Shown: in pieces, positions 18,302 to 27,317 of the stretch
Layout: each line of letters opens with the position of its first letter
Numbering within the stretch: position 1 is the stretch's first letter
Assembly (NCBI GenBank): GCA_964252075.1
Contig: CAXULY010000027.1
Span: 1 to 64,000 of the forward strand
Direction: 5' to 3'
DNA length: 64,000 nt
DNA from: an uncultured Deinococcaceae bacterium
GTDB lineage: Bacteria > Deinococcota > Deinococci > Deinococcales > Deinococcaceae
Program-made: the position numbers and the translations under genes
Notes under the pieces: generated by a model
What the model was told of the DNA's origin: nothing
What the model saw: only the letters and a program-made list of their open reading frames with translations
Database searches by the model: none

Positions 18302-19147
18302 TCACCCCCGAGCCTGCCGGGCCGGGAGGCCGCGAACCAGCAGCAGCACCGCGAAGGCCACCAACACCATCACCGCCGAGAGCACCAGGGCAGGGCCGAG
18401 GTCCGACTCGAGCGCCGAGTAGATCGCCAGCGTGATGGTGCGCGTGCGGCCCTGGAGCGACCCCGCGAACAGGATGGTCGCACCGAATTCCCCCAGGGCC
18501 CGCGCCCACGTCAGCACCAGACCTTCCAGGAGGAACGGGAACGCCAGCGGCCAGGTGATCAGCCAGAACACCCGCCAGGCGTCCGCACCATCCGTGCGCG
18601 CCGCCTGCTCCACCTCCCGGTCCACCGCCAGGAACCCCGCCTTGGCCGTCCGCAGGTAGAAAGGCGCCGACGTGAACAGTTGTGCGAACACCACCGCCGC
18701 AGGGGAGAACGCCACGCTGATGCCCGCGAGCTCCAGCGGCGCTCCCAGAAGGCCGGTGCGCCCAAAGGTCAACAGCAGCCCCACCCCCGCCACCACCGGT
18801 GGCAGCACGATGGGCAGATCGAGCAGGGTGTCGAGCAGCACCTTGCCGCGGAAGTCGAAGCGCGCCAGCAGGTACGCGACCGGCGTCACGAACAGCACCG
18901 TGACCGCCAGGGTGGTGAGGGTCGTCCAGACACTGACCCGCAGGGCGTCCAACACCACGTCGCCCAGCAGGTTTGGCAAGAAATTGGAGGTGAGCCCACG
19001 TCCCAGGACCACGAGCGTGGGGAGGAGCAGGAACAGCGTCATCACGCCGCCCAGCACCACGGGAAGCACGGGAAGGCGCCAGGCGCGTCGCCCCGGATGA
19101 AGGTCGGTGCGGCGCGGAGACGCCTCCTCAGGCAGGTCCCGGCTCAA
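18302..19147 (-). CDS. modB: Molybdate ABC transporter permease
   Basis: LPIVLPPVVAG, EQAARTDGA and WARALGEFGAT motifs. Confidence 0.92.
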   Translation of the reverse strand: MSRDLPEEASPRRTDLHPGRRAWRLPVLPVVLGGVMTLFLLLPTLVVLGRGLTSNFLPNLLGDVVLDALRVSVWTTLTTLAVTVLFVTPVAYLLARFDFRGKVLLDTLLDLPIVLPPVVAGVGLLLTFGRTGLLGAPLELAGISVAFSPAAVVFAQLFTSAPFYLRTAKAGFLAVDREVEQAARTDGADAWRVFWLITWPLAFPFLLEGLVLTWARALGEFGATILFAGSLQGRTRTITLAIYSALESDLGPALVLSAVMVLVAFAVLLLVRGLPARQARG

Positions 19148-19725
19148 GGGCCGGTGCGGAAGACCTGCAGTCCCACCAGGTTGCTGACGTACCGCCCGCC
19201 TTTGCCGTCCCCCGGCACCACCAGCCGCACCGCGCCGTCCCGCGCCGGGAGGGGCTGACCGTCCTCCTCGTACGCCAGCAGGACCGGGCGATTCCCGAAG
19301 TCCGGGTCGAGCTCCCCCCAGGAAAACAGCGCGGCGTACCCGTCCGCGCCGGTCGCGAGCACCGCCCAGCGCAGGGCGTCATTCTTGCTGTCGGCGTTCA
19401 GCTGGGGTGCGGCGGCCTTCAGCAGGTCGAAGAGCAGCACCCCACGGTAGGTGTGGGTGCTGGCCTTGCCCGCTGAGGTGTACGTGACCGTGACGGTGCG
19501 GTTGGGCAGGCCTTGCAGGTCCGCGAGCAGGTACGCGCGCGGGTGCTGCAGGGCGCCCGTCAGGGTGATGGGCGTCGTGGCGGTCGTGACGGCGCTCGCG
19601 GCCGTGGAGGTCGCAGCCGTGCCGGTCTGGCCTTGGGCGCCGCCCAGGACGAGCAGCGCCAGGCTGACGCCGGCGGCGCGGAGCAGGTGGGGCATCAACA
19701 TGTCCTTTCGGGCCGCCCGGATCAA
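19144..19725 (-). CDS. Exported molybdopterin-oxidoreductase-like domain protein
   Basis: Signal peptide; YRGVLLFDLL, GADGY and RLVVPGD motifs. Confidence 0.75.
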   Translation of the reverse strand: MIRAARKDMLMPHLLRAAGVSLALLVLGGAQGQTGTAATSTAASAVTTATTPITLTGALQHPRAYLLADLQGLPNRTVTVTYTSAGKASTHTYRGVLLFDLLKAAAPQLNADSKNDALRWAVLATGADGYAALFSWGELDPDFGNRPVLLAYEEDGQPLPARDGAVRLVVPGDGKGGRYVSNLVGLQVFRTGP

Positions 19726-19934
19726 TCGTCGAGCGCGATCATCACGTCGCTGGCTTTGATGACGGCGTACACCTGCTGGCCTTCGGTGAGGCCCAGACGC
19801 TCGGCGGACGCGCGGGTGATGGTCGAGGTGACTTCCGCGCCACCCTCCAGGGTGAGGGTGACTTCGGCTTCGACGTCCCCCAGTTTGAGGGCCGTGACCT
19901 GACCTTTCAGGGTGTTGCGGGCACTGATCTGCAT
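19722..19934 (-). CDS. Molbindin (TOBE/Mop)
   Basis: SARNTLKG, STIT and AVIKASDV motifs. Confidence 0.93.
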   Translation of the reverse strand: MQISARNTLKGQVTALKLGDVEAEVTLTLEGGAEVTSTITRASAERLGLTEGQQVYAVIKASDVMIALDD

Positions 19935-19963
19935 GGAAACTCCTTTCGGGTGGGGGCGTGCGG

Positions 19964-20725
19964 TCAGCGGGGAGGCTGGAAGCCCCACTTCTTCAAAATC
20001 TGCTGACCTTCAGGGGACAGCACGTACTGCACGAAGGCCTGTGCCGCGTCGGGGTTCGCGCTGCCCTTCAGCACCCCGATGGGGTAGCTGGCGTTCTGAT
20101 TGAAGCGCGTGGGCAGGGGGATGACCCGCACGGCCGTTTTTAAGGAAGGCGTGACGTCCGTCACGTACACCACGGCCGCATCCGCCTCGCCCAGCTGCAC
20201 CTTGAGGGCCACCTGACGCACGTCGGGCTCCTCGCTCACGACGTTCTTGAGGACGCGGGCGGAGAAGTCCTTGCCGTAGGAACCCGCTTTGTCGATGGCG
20301 GTGAGCATGCGTCGCGTGTAATCACCGACCGGCACGGCCTTGTCGGCGATGACCAGCTTCACGCCGGGCGTGGCGAGGTCCGACAGCAGGTTCACGCGCG
20401 TGTCCGACTTGGGCGCGATGACGGTCAGCTTGTTGCTGACGAAGGCCTGCCCAGAGGCGACCAGGCCCTTGTCCACCAAGGGCGTGTACTGCGCGGTGTT
20501 CGCGCTGGCGTACACGTCCGCTTTCGCGCCGTTCTCCAGCTGTGTGCGCAGCGCCTGGGAGCCGGCGTACTGGAAGGTCGTCTTGTTGCCGGTCTTGGCG
20601 TCGAAGGCCCGCCCGAGCTCGGTGAAGGCGTCGGTGAGGGAGGCGGCGGCGAACACCGTGAGGTTCGCGGCGCTGGCGGCGCCAGTGCTGAGCAGCAGGG
20701 CGGTGAACAGTGCGGTTCGCGTCAT
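19964..20725 (-). CDS. modA: Molybdate-binding periplasmic protein
   Basis: VFAAASLTDAF, GAKADVYASAN, VPVGDY and EADAAVVYVTD motifs. Confidence 0.95.
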   Translation of the reverse strand: MTRTALFTALLLSTGAASAANLTVFAAASLTDAFTELGRAFDAKTGNKTTFQYAGSQALRTQLENGAKADVYASANTAQYTPLVDKGLVASGQAFVSNKLTVIAPKSDTRVNLLSDLATPGVKLVIADKAVPVGDYTRRMLTAIDKAGSYGKDFSARVLKNVVSEEPDVRQVALKVQLGEADAAVVYVTDVTPSLKTAVRVIPLPTRFNQNASYPIGVLKGSANPDAAQAFVQYVLSPEGQQILKKWGFQPPR

Positions 20726-21885
20726 GAATGCAGCTCCTGGAACAGCGGGTGAGTGGGGCCGGTGGTGTGCCAGGGTTCACCGGCGTGTGTGGGGTCGTAA
20801 CCGCCCAGCAGGGCGAGGTCCGCGCGGAAGGCGGGGTCCTGCGCGACCTCAAGCAGGGCGGTGAGGGCGGGGTGGTGAAGGTGCGCGTCGGGCACCACCA
20901 GGTCAAAGCGCTCCACCTGCACGGGAATGAAGTGCAGTCCGAGCGCCTGCGCGGCGGAGCGCGGGCCGGGCGCCACATCCGCCTGCCCGCTCGCCACGCG
21001 CTGCGCCGCCTCCAGGTGACTGTGCACCTCGTCCCCGTAGCCGGGGAGCGCCGCGCGCTGGGCGAGCGTGAGGCCAAGGTCCGTGAGCCACGAGTCGAGC
21101 AGCAACCGGCTGCCCGCCCCGCTTTCACGGTTGGTCAGCCGAAGGTGGGGCAGATCGGCCGGTCCGGTCACGCCCCTGGGATTGCCGGGCGGCAACATCA
21201 GGCCCTGCTCCCAGGACCACAGGGTCAGCAGGTGCATGACCTGCCCAGGGAACAGGCGTTCCACGAAAGGACGATTGGACACACCCGTCTCGGCATCCCA
21301 CAAATGAATGGCGGCCGCATGCGCCTCCCCGCGCGCCAGGGCCTCCAGCGCGGCGACGCTTGAGGCAGGGTGCCACAACACCCGGACCTCTGGGGTGTGC
21401 ACCGTGACGTGCGTGGAGAGCAGTTCCAGCGAGGGGTCACAGCCGGCCAGCACGGCCGTTCGGGACGGGCGGTCTATTGAACCCAGCAGGTCCACCAGCA
21501 CAGCTCCGCCGGTCACCGGTCTGCCTTCAGGAGGATGGGCCACGCCGTCGGCCGTTTGCCTGAAGCCGGGCGTCCCGGTGAGGGGGAAGGCCAGCGTGCG
21601 CTCGCCGATGCGCGCCAGTTGCACGCGCGCGTCGCCGGTGATGGCGCCGCACAGGGTGGCAGTGAGGGCGGGCGGGGTGAGGGTGAAAAGGTCATCCACG
21701 CGGCAATTCAGGGCCTGCGCGAGTTGGAAGGCGATGAGGGTGCTGGGGGGATAGACGCCCGCCTCGATCTTGTGCAGCGCCTGGCGGGAAATGCCTGCCT
21801 GTCGCGCCAGTTCGCTGGGACCCAGGTGGGCACGCTCGCGCAGCGTGCGGACGTGCGAATGGAGGGTGACCGAGGTGGTGCCCAC
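20722..21885 (-). CDS. XRE-HTH plus PBP-like (molybdate-sensing) regulator
   Basis: ELARQAGISRQALHKIE; GCDPSL; NRESGAGSR. Confidence 0.88.
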   Translation of the reverse strand: MGTTSVTLHSHVRTLRERAHLGPSELARQAGISRQALHKIEAGVYPPSTLIAFQLAQALNCRVDDLFTLTPPALTATLCGAITGDARVQLARIGERTLAFPLTGTPGFRQTADGVAHPPEGRPVTGGAVLVDLLGSIDRPSRTAVLAGCDPSLELLSTHVTVHTPEVRVLWHPASSVAALEALARGEAHAAAIHLWDAETGVSNRPFVERLFPGQVMHLLTLWSWEQGLMLPPGNPRGVTGPADLPHLRLTNRESGAGSRLLLDSWLTDLGLTLAQRAALPGYGDEVHSHLEAAQRVASGQADVAPGPRSAAQALGLHFIPVQVERFDLVVPDAHLHHPALTALLEVAQDPAFRADLALLGGYDPTHAGEPWHTTGPTHPLFQELHS

Positions 21886-21891
21886 GCCGAT

Positions 21892-21920
21892 ACCGTAAAC
21901 GATGGATGACATCACGTCAA
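21892..21920 (-). promoter_or_regulatory. Leaderless promoter of the mod operon with overlapping palindrome
   Basis: TTGACG-17 bp-TACGGT, 6 nt before GTG; TGAC-N5-GTCA. Confidence 0.65.
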
Positions 21921-22125
21921 CCAAATGGGTGAGGACGATTCCACAGTGTGAGTGCATCCGACGAAACCACCATCAACCATTGCTACAGTGAAGTGCCTCA
22001 CAGGCAGGCCAGTCCGTCCAGCGCCATCCCCAGCCACAGGGACATCGCGCCGTTGAGACGTCCGAGTGTCGCCTGCGCGTCGTGTCCTGGGCGCCCTCAC
22101 CCACAAGACCTGCACCAGTGCCCTG

Positions 22126-22416
22126 ATGGCCGACGTGCCCACCAGCATCAGCCACATCCGCGCCTTCATGCGCCGCGCCATGCAGCAGGCCTTCCCCGGC
22201 GCTGAGGAGGCGCACACTGACGAGCTGCTGCAGCTGGCCGCCGAGCACCCCGTCGGCTCGCGCGTGTCCATCCGCGTCAGCGCCCCGACCCGCCGCGGGG
22301 ACGACTTCGACGCGGACGACGTGGTGCTCGCGCCGGACGCCCGCGACCGCGCGCTCGCCGCGCAGCAGGGTCCCTGGACGCAGGCCTTCCTGGACGGCAC
22401 CGCCCGCGCGAGCTGA
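22126..22416 (+). CDS. Hypothetical protein
   Basis: GC3-biased ORF followed by a 13-bp hairpin at 22427-22458. Confidence 0.55.
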   Translation: MADVPTSISHIRAFMRRAMQQAFPGAEEAHTDELLQLAAEHPVGSRVSIRVSAPTRRGDDFDADDVVLAPDARDRALAAQQGPWTQAFLDGTARAS

Positions 22417-22947
22417 GCGGACAGGCGGCAGGGCCCGGCGCGCAGGCCGGGCCCTGCCCCTTGCGTCCAGTGCCCCCGCTCGGGGGCGATGCACCGCCCG
22501 CACCCACGCTGCCGCTTGCGCCCGCATCCGGGCGGGCGCAAGCGGCAGCGTAAACGCTTGCTTGCACGTCAGCGGCTCTGCTGTCGTGCACGATCACCCA
22601 TAGGCCAGCTCAGACGCTAGCGTCAGTGGTGGCGCACAGGCGAGCATGGGCGCGAGCCCCCCGCCACCCGGCAGGGGCCACGCGATGTGGTCGAGAGCGG
22701 GCGGGGTCTCCCCTCCCCTGCCAGCAGCCACCGGGCGCCCCGGACGACCGACCGTCGAAGGCGCCGATCAGGAGAACGGCCCCTCCCCTGTGCGTGGGCG
22801 GGGCGAGCGTCAGCAGCGGCGCCCAGCGCGCTTGCGGTCACGCCCGCCACCGCGCGTGCAACCGTGCGCGCCATCACTTACGCTAGCATACACGGTGGCT
22901 TTTCTGCGCGCGCAGGCGCCCTCCTGCGTGCGTGTTAGTGTGCTCGC

Positions 22948-23568
22948 ATGCCAGAGAGCAAACGCGCCACCGCTGGCGCCACACAGCGGATCTCGCTGCT
23001 CAGCAGCAAGGGCGGGGTGGGCAAGAGCACCCTCGCGGTGAACCTCGCCGGGGCCCTCACGCAACGCGGCGACGTCGCCCTCCTCGACGAGGACCGCGCC
23101 ATCCGCACCAGCAGCAAATGGGTGCGGCGCGGCGAGCTGCCCGTCACCCTCGTCGCGCCCGGCGAGCGCCTGCCCGCCACGCAGTACCTGGTGATCGACA
23201 CCGAGGGCCGCCCGGCCCTGCAGGACATGCTGGACCTCACCCAGGCCACCCTGACCCTCATCCCGACCGGCACGAGCGGCGTGGAGCTCGAGGCGACCCT
23301 GGACCTCTGGAAGACCCTCGCGGACGCCGGCGCGAACCTCAGCCGCACGCGCGTGGTCGTCACGAAGGCCGAGCCGGTCGGCACGGTGGGCCAGCAGGCG
23401 CGCGACGCCCTGCGCGGGCAGGGCATCACCGTGGCGAACGCCATCGTGCGCCAGTACGCCGCGTACAAGCGCGCGGCGGAGGAGGGCGTCTTCGTGCGCG
23501 ACGTCCGGGACGGGCGCGCCGAGGCCGCCTGGAATGACATTCAGGCGCTCGCGCTGGAGGTGTGCTGA
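22948..23568 (+). CDS. parA: ParA-family partition ATPase (short, type Ib-like)
   Basis: KGGVGKST deviant Walker A; VIDT. Confidence 0.93.
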   Translation: MPESKRATAGATQRISLLSSKGGVGKSTLAVNLAGALTQRGDVALLDEDRAIRTSSKWVRRGELPVTLVAPGERLPATQYLVIDTEGRPALQDMLDLTQATLTLIPTGTSGVELEATLDLWKTLADAGANLSRTRVVVTKAEPVGTVGQQARDALRGQGITVANAIVRQYAAYKRAAEEGVFVRDVRDGRAEAAWNDIQALALEVC

Positions 23569-23903
23569 TGGCCGGCGCGAAAGGCACGCGGCGCTTCGCG
23601 GACCTGCTGAGTGAGGAACCCAACCGGGACCAGGCGGCGCCGGTGGTGGAGGTGGCGACGCCCGCGCGCGGCATCCCGGACGACCTGCCCGCACCGACCA
23701 CGGCGGGCTTCGTGGCCCGGAAGTCGTTGGGCGTGCGCGTCCGCACCGACCTCGCCGAGAACCTGGGGGACCTCACCGAGGCGCTGCGCGCGAAGGGCTG
23801 GCGGGTCCGCGAGCACACCCTGATCGAGTACTTCCTCGACCGCCTGAGCGACCCGGCCTTCGTGCGCCAGATGCTCACCGAGCTGCAGGCCAAGGACGCC
23901 TGA
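23568..23903 (+). CDS. Small ParA partner (centromere-binding, RHH-like)
   Basis: Coupled to parA; flexible N-terminus, then LGVRVRTDL strand and helices. Confidence 0.7.
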   Translation: MAGAKGTRRFADLLSEEPNRDQAAPVVEVATPARGIPDDLPAPTTAGFVARKSLGVRVRTDLAENLGDLTEALRAKGWRVREHTLIEYFLDRLSDPAFVRQMLTELQAKDA

Positions 23904-23962
23904 CCCACACCTTCTGACGGCGCTCAAGGGCCACGACCTATCGGTCAACTTGAGCCGTTTCT

Positions 23963-24008
23963 GCGCCAGCGTGGCCGCCCGCACTCAAGCGGGCGGCCAC
24001 GCTGGCGC
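23963..24008. terminator. 20-bp hairpin between convergent genes
   Basis: GCGCCAGCGTGGCCGCCCGC/GCGGGCGGCCACGCTGGCGC. Confidence 0.75.
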
Positions 24009-24088
24009 TTGCGCTATCGCAAGCGCTCGCACATAGGCGAGCGCTCAGGGTGTCGCAAGTGCTCGCCTGTGTGCGAGCTGGGAGGGTG

Positions 24089-24325
24089 TCACAGGCGCTC
24101 GAACAGCCGCACGGCGGCGTCCTCGTCGCCGACCTCCCGCACCCAGAACGCGCCGTCCTCGGTGATCAGGTGGTACAGCGCCACGCTGTCCGACCCCCGG
24201 CTGAAGCGGTGAATCTGCACCTGGCTCCCGATCGGCAGGCCGGCAGGGGAATCCCCGACCACCGTGCACAGCACGGTGCCGTCCAGTGGTGAGGTGACAG
24301 CGGATTCAGGGCGGAGCTTGATCAC
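24089..24325 (-). CDS. Small hypothetical protein
   Basis: Plausible globular ORF. Confidence 0.55.
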   Translation of the reverse strand: MIKLRPESAVTSPLDGTVLCTVVGDSPAGLPIGSQVQIHRFSRGSDSVALYHLITEDGAFWVREVGDEDAAVRLFERL

Positions 24326-24371
24326 GGTCCGGACACGCTAGCGTCAGTGATCCAGCGAGGCGCGCATCACG

Positions 24372-25703
24372 TCACCGTTGCCGTCCGAGGTCCCCCGAGT
24401 CCTTTGCGGGGGATGCGCGGGGAAAGCGCTCAAGGTACGCGAACAGAAAATGCGAGACGACCTCCACGAAGGGCGACTCCCGCATGCGCCGCAGCGGCTG
24501 TCGCGCCCCGCAGGACAAGCAGCGGCTCAGAAGGTATCCGGGCGCGCCACCCTGTGGGCGGAAGTACTCCAGCATTGGCGCGAGCCGCTGGTACTCCGGC
24601 AGGTAGCGCCTGGTGTCCACACACAGCATGGGGCGCTGACACGCCAGGCAGCGGCGCGCCACGAAGTCCGGGCCTTCCCAAGCGTACTCGCGAAGCCAGT
24701 CGTGCAGGCCCGGGACCGCCTGGGCATACCGGCGGGCGAAGCGGTAGGTGCTCTCGAACTGCAGGAGATGCTCATACACGTACCCTTCGAAGGGCGCCAG
24801 CAGGTCCGGGCCGAACTGCTGCCGCTGGACGGCCAACGAGTGTGTCCTGCGCTCGCGTTCGAGGACCGCACGTTCACGCCGCTCGGCTTCCAGTCGGGCC
24901 TGGGCCTGCGCCTCAGCAGCCAGGTGCGCCGCCCACCGCCGTTGCGCATCCATGCAGGCTTCACAACTCCAGGGCGTCAGGGATGATCCGCCCTCGCGCC
25001 TCGCGTGCAGCACCCGGGTCACGAGGCGCTCCGGCACGAACGCGCCTTCCAGGGGGACAGACAGTGGCGCTGGCTGCCCAAGGCGCCACGTGAGTTTGTC
25101 CACCAGCTGGGCGCGGGTGGCACGCATGCAGGAGCGAAGGGATTCCTCGTCATCTCCGGTGATGTCATCATCGACAACTGGGGTCAGCACGTGTGGATTC
25201 GCGGCAGTCGCGGCGGCGTCCAGTTCCAACCAGGGCGCACTCAACTGGGCCGCTTTCACGCGCCCCACGCGGTGAGCGAAGAACACCTCGAAGCCGAACA
25301 CGACTGAACCCTCATGGAGCAACGCCACGTCCAGGCGATACTCCCCGATGGTGACCTCCTCGCGCACTTCGTCGAAGACCGGCGGGGACCAGAGCTCCAG
25401 CATCGCCTCCTGGCAGCGGTGGCGCTGGCACACCCGCAACAGCCCGAACTCCGCTCCGGGTTCACTCAGCGCCTGCACCAGCCGCATCTTCGCCGCCAGA
25501 TGCACCACGCTCTCTCCGCTGCATTCGCTGCCCGACCGGTGCGCGAAGTGCGCGATGACGGGCCGGCCCGCGCGGGTGTGCGCTGTGCGGAAAGAAACGG
25601 GCTCGTCACACTGCAAGCAGCGGTAGGGGCCTCCGGGCAGGGGCCGTCCCGGGTCCGCCAATTCGCCATCCGGCGTGAGGGCGAAGGGCACGGCCTGGGG
25701 CAC
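24372..25703 (-). CDS. CoiA-like Zn-finger/PD-(D/E)xK nuclease-fold protein
   Basis: CLQC...HFAH...C.GESVVH; RLDVAL...FEV; further CxxC pairs. Confidence 0.75.
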   Translation of the reverse strand: MPQAVPFALTPDGELADPGRPLPGGPYRCLQCDEPVSFRTAHTRAGRPVIAHFAHRSGSECSGESVVHLAAKMRLVQALSEPGAEFGLLRVCQRHRCQEAMLELWSPPVFDEVREEVTIGEYRLDVALLHEGSVVFGFEVFFAHRVGRVKAAQLSAPWLELDAAATAANPHVLTPVVDDDITGDDEESLRSCMRATRAQLVDKLTWRLGQPAPLSVPLEGAFVPERLVTRVLHARREGGSSLTPWSCEACMDAQRRWAAHLAAEAQAQARLEAERRERAVLERERRTHSLAVQRQQFGPDLLAPFEGYVYEHLLQFESTYRFARRYAQAVPGLHDWLREYAWEGPDFVARRCLACQRPMLCVDTRRYLPEYQRLAPMLEYFRPQGGAPGYLLSRCLSCGARQPLRRMRESPFVEVVSHFLFAYLERFPRASPAKDSGDLGRQR

Positions 25704-25787
25704 ACCTCAGGGTAGGGGAGAGGCCCACGCGATCAGCCCACATTCATGGATGTACGGCAGCCGGTCAGGAAGAGGGAGAGCTGATCA

Positions 25788-26198
25788 TCAGGCGGCGTCG
25801 AGGATGTAGGCGCTGAACAGCCCGAAGCGGTCCAGCGCGGCGGCGTCCTCTAGGCGCACCAGGTGGCCCCGCGCGGGGTGATAGTCACCGAGCGTGTCCT
25901 GCAGGAGGACTGCCTTGCCGCCGTGCCCGTCCGACACAAAGCCGCGCAGCAGCTCCACCAAGTCCTGCACCAGCGGCAGCGCGTCGCGGTCGACATCGCC
26001 GTCGCGCGCGGCGAGCGCCACCACGCCGTCCGCTGTGAAGCGCTCGGCGCAGGCCTCCACGTCGTGCGGCTCGTAGACTTCCTCCTCGAAGACGGCGACC
26101 AGCTGGCGGTCCACGCCGCGCAGCAGCAGGGTGGCGTGGCGGGGAGCGGCGAGGGCGGCGGCGAGCAGGTCCTGGACAGTAAAAATGCGTTCGTTCAT
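25788..26198 (-). CDS. Hypothetical protein
   Basis: ORF with a conserved upstream element. Confidence 0.7.
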   Translation of the reverse strand: MNERIFTVQDLLAAALAAPRHATLLLRGVDRQLVAVFEEEVYEPHDVEACAERFTADGVVALAARDGDVDRDALPLVQDLVELLRGFVSDGHGGKAVLLQDTLGDYHPARGHLVRLEDAAALDRFGLFSAYILDAA

Positions 26199-26269
26199 GG
26201 CTGTATGTTTGCTTGCCAGCGCCGCCGGGCGGTGTGTCGTTTGTGTCCTGAATATGTGCGCCAGGAGCG

Positions 26270-26298
26270 AAAAAAAGCCCCGGCACCTGGCCGGGGCG
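26270..26298 (-). terminator. Intrinsic terminator
   Basis: GCCCCGGC stem followed by a U7 tail on the minus strand. Confidence 0.8.
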
Positions 26299-26314
26299 GT
26301 GGGGGAGGGGGGGG

Positions 26315-26695
26315 TCAGAGGAGGACCAGCGGGCGCCGCACGTTGCGGTCAAGCACCTCGAGCACCTCCTCCGCGACGTCGACGTTGTCAGCCGCCAGCA
26401 GGCGCATCTTGGCCCCGTCCAGGCTGGCGGGCAGGCAGGCGGCGAAGCGCTGGGCGACCCGGGCGCGGCGCAGGTTGGCCTCCACGTCCGCCCGGAAGGC
26501 CGCGAGGGCGGCGGCGTCGGCGGCGAGCGCGTCGGTGTCGCTGGGGAAGGCCACCCGACCGCACAGGTCGTGCGTGCGGAGGTACATCGCTTCGAGCTGG
26601 CGGCGGAAGCGCACCACGGCACGGCGCCCGAGGTGGGCGGCGAGGACGGCGCTGGTGGGGCGGAGGTCGATGCGGACGAGGTTTTTCGCGTTCAT
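26315..26695 (-). CDS. Hypothetical protein
   Basis: ORF with the same upstream element as 25788-26198. Confidence 0.7.
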   Translation of the reverse strand: MNAKNLVRIDLRPTSAVLAAHLGRRAVVRFRRQLEAMYLRTHDLCGRVAFPSDTDALAADAAALAAFRADVEANLRRARVAQRFAACLPASLDGAKMRLLAADNVDVAEEVLEVLDRNVRRPLVLL

Positions 26696-26941
26696 GGGTG
26701 TATGTTTGCTTCCCACAGGCCCCGGGTGGTGTGCGGCAGACGTGCGAAAAATGTGCGCTAGGCGCAGAGCCAGATGGCGCACGCCGCATGGCCGACGCGC
26801 CCATCCGCACCGCCCGGCGACAATGATCAGGTCGGTCGGAGGGACCCACGGGAGGTCCCGTGGGTCCGGCGGAAGGCCGCAGGAGCGGCCCAACGCTCCG
26901 TCCCGGTGGAGTCCGGCCTGTGCGCCCAGTCCACCACCCAC

Positions 26942-27015
26942 TGGAAGTTCGTCCAACGGGAGGGCAGCACCCTCTGGAGGTGCTGATCAGGGTTCGAGTC
27001 CCTGCCTCCCCGCCA
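26942..27015 (+). tRNA. tRNA-Gln(CTG) with a mismatched acceptor stem (possibly pseudo)
   Basis: GCACC-ctCTGga-GGTGC anticodon arm, CAGGG-TTCGAGT-CCCTG T arm, 3' GCCA. Confidence 0.7.
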
Positions 27016-27018
27016 CAC

Positions 27019-27095
27019 AGGCCTTGAGCTCGGCTTGGTCGAGCGCTGGCTTCCAACCCCAGAGGTCGCAGGTTCGAATCCTGCAGGGCCTGCCA
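27019..27095 (+). tRNA. tRNA-Trp(CCA)
   Basis: AGGCCTT/AGGGCCT acceptor, GCTC/GAGC D stem, ttCCAac loop, TTCGAAT T loop, G73-CCA. Confidence 0.85.
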
Positions 27096-27317
27096 AAGAC
27101 GAGAAGCGATTACGCCCACGGTGGTTGTGTCTCGTGCACACCCAGTCCCACCAACGTGTATTCCGTCACCCAATTATGCGGCGTGTTGGCCGCGAGTACA
27201 GGGGTAACCAGAGCCTTCGTGTCAGTTTGTGTTTCTCCCAGCGATGGCAATGTTCCTATGCCTTGCCTCCCTTGTGGAGTGACCAACTACTGCATTTGGT
27301 AGTAGAATTTCGGGAAC

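Noticed and set aside
21920..22120. Moco riboswitch upstream of the mod operon
   Set aside because: No recognisable Moco RNA consensus, and the first gene appears leaderless
27060..27095. tRNA-Trp 3' end as an att site
   Set aside because: No duplicate of this sequence noticed elsewhere in the window
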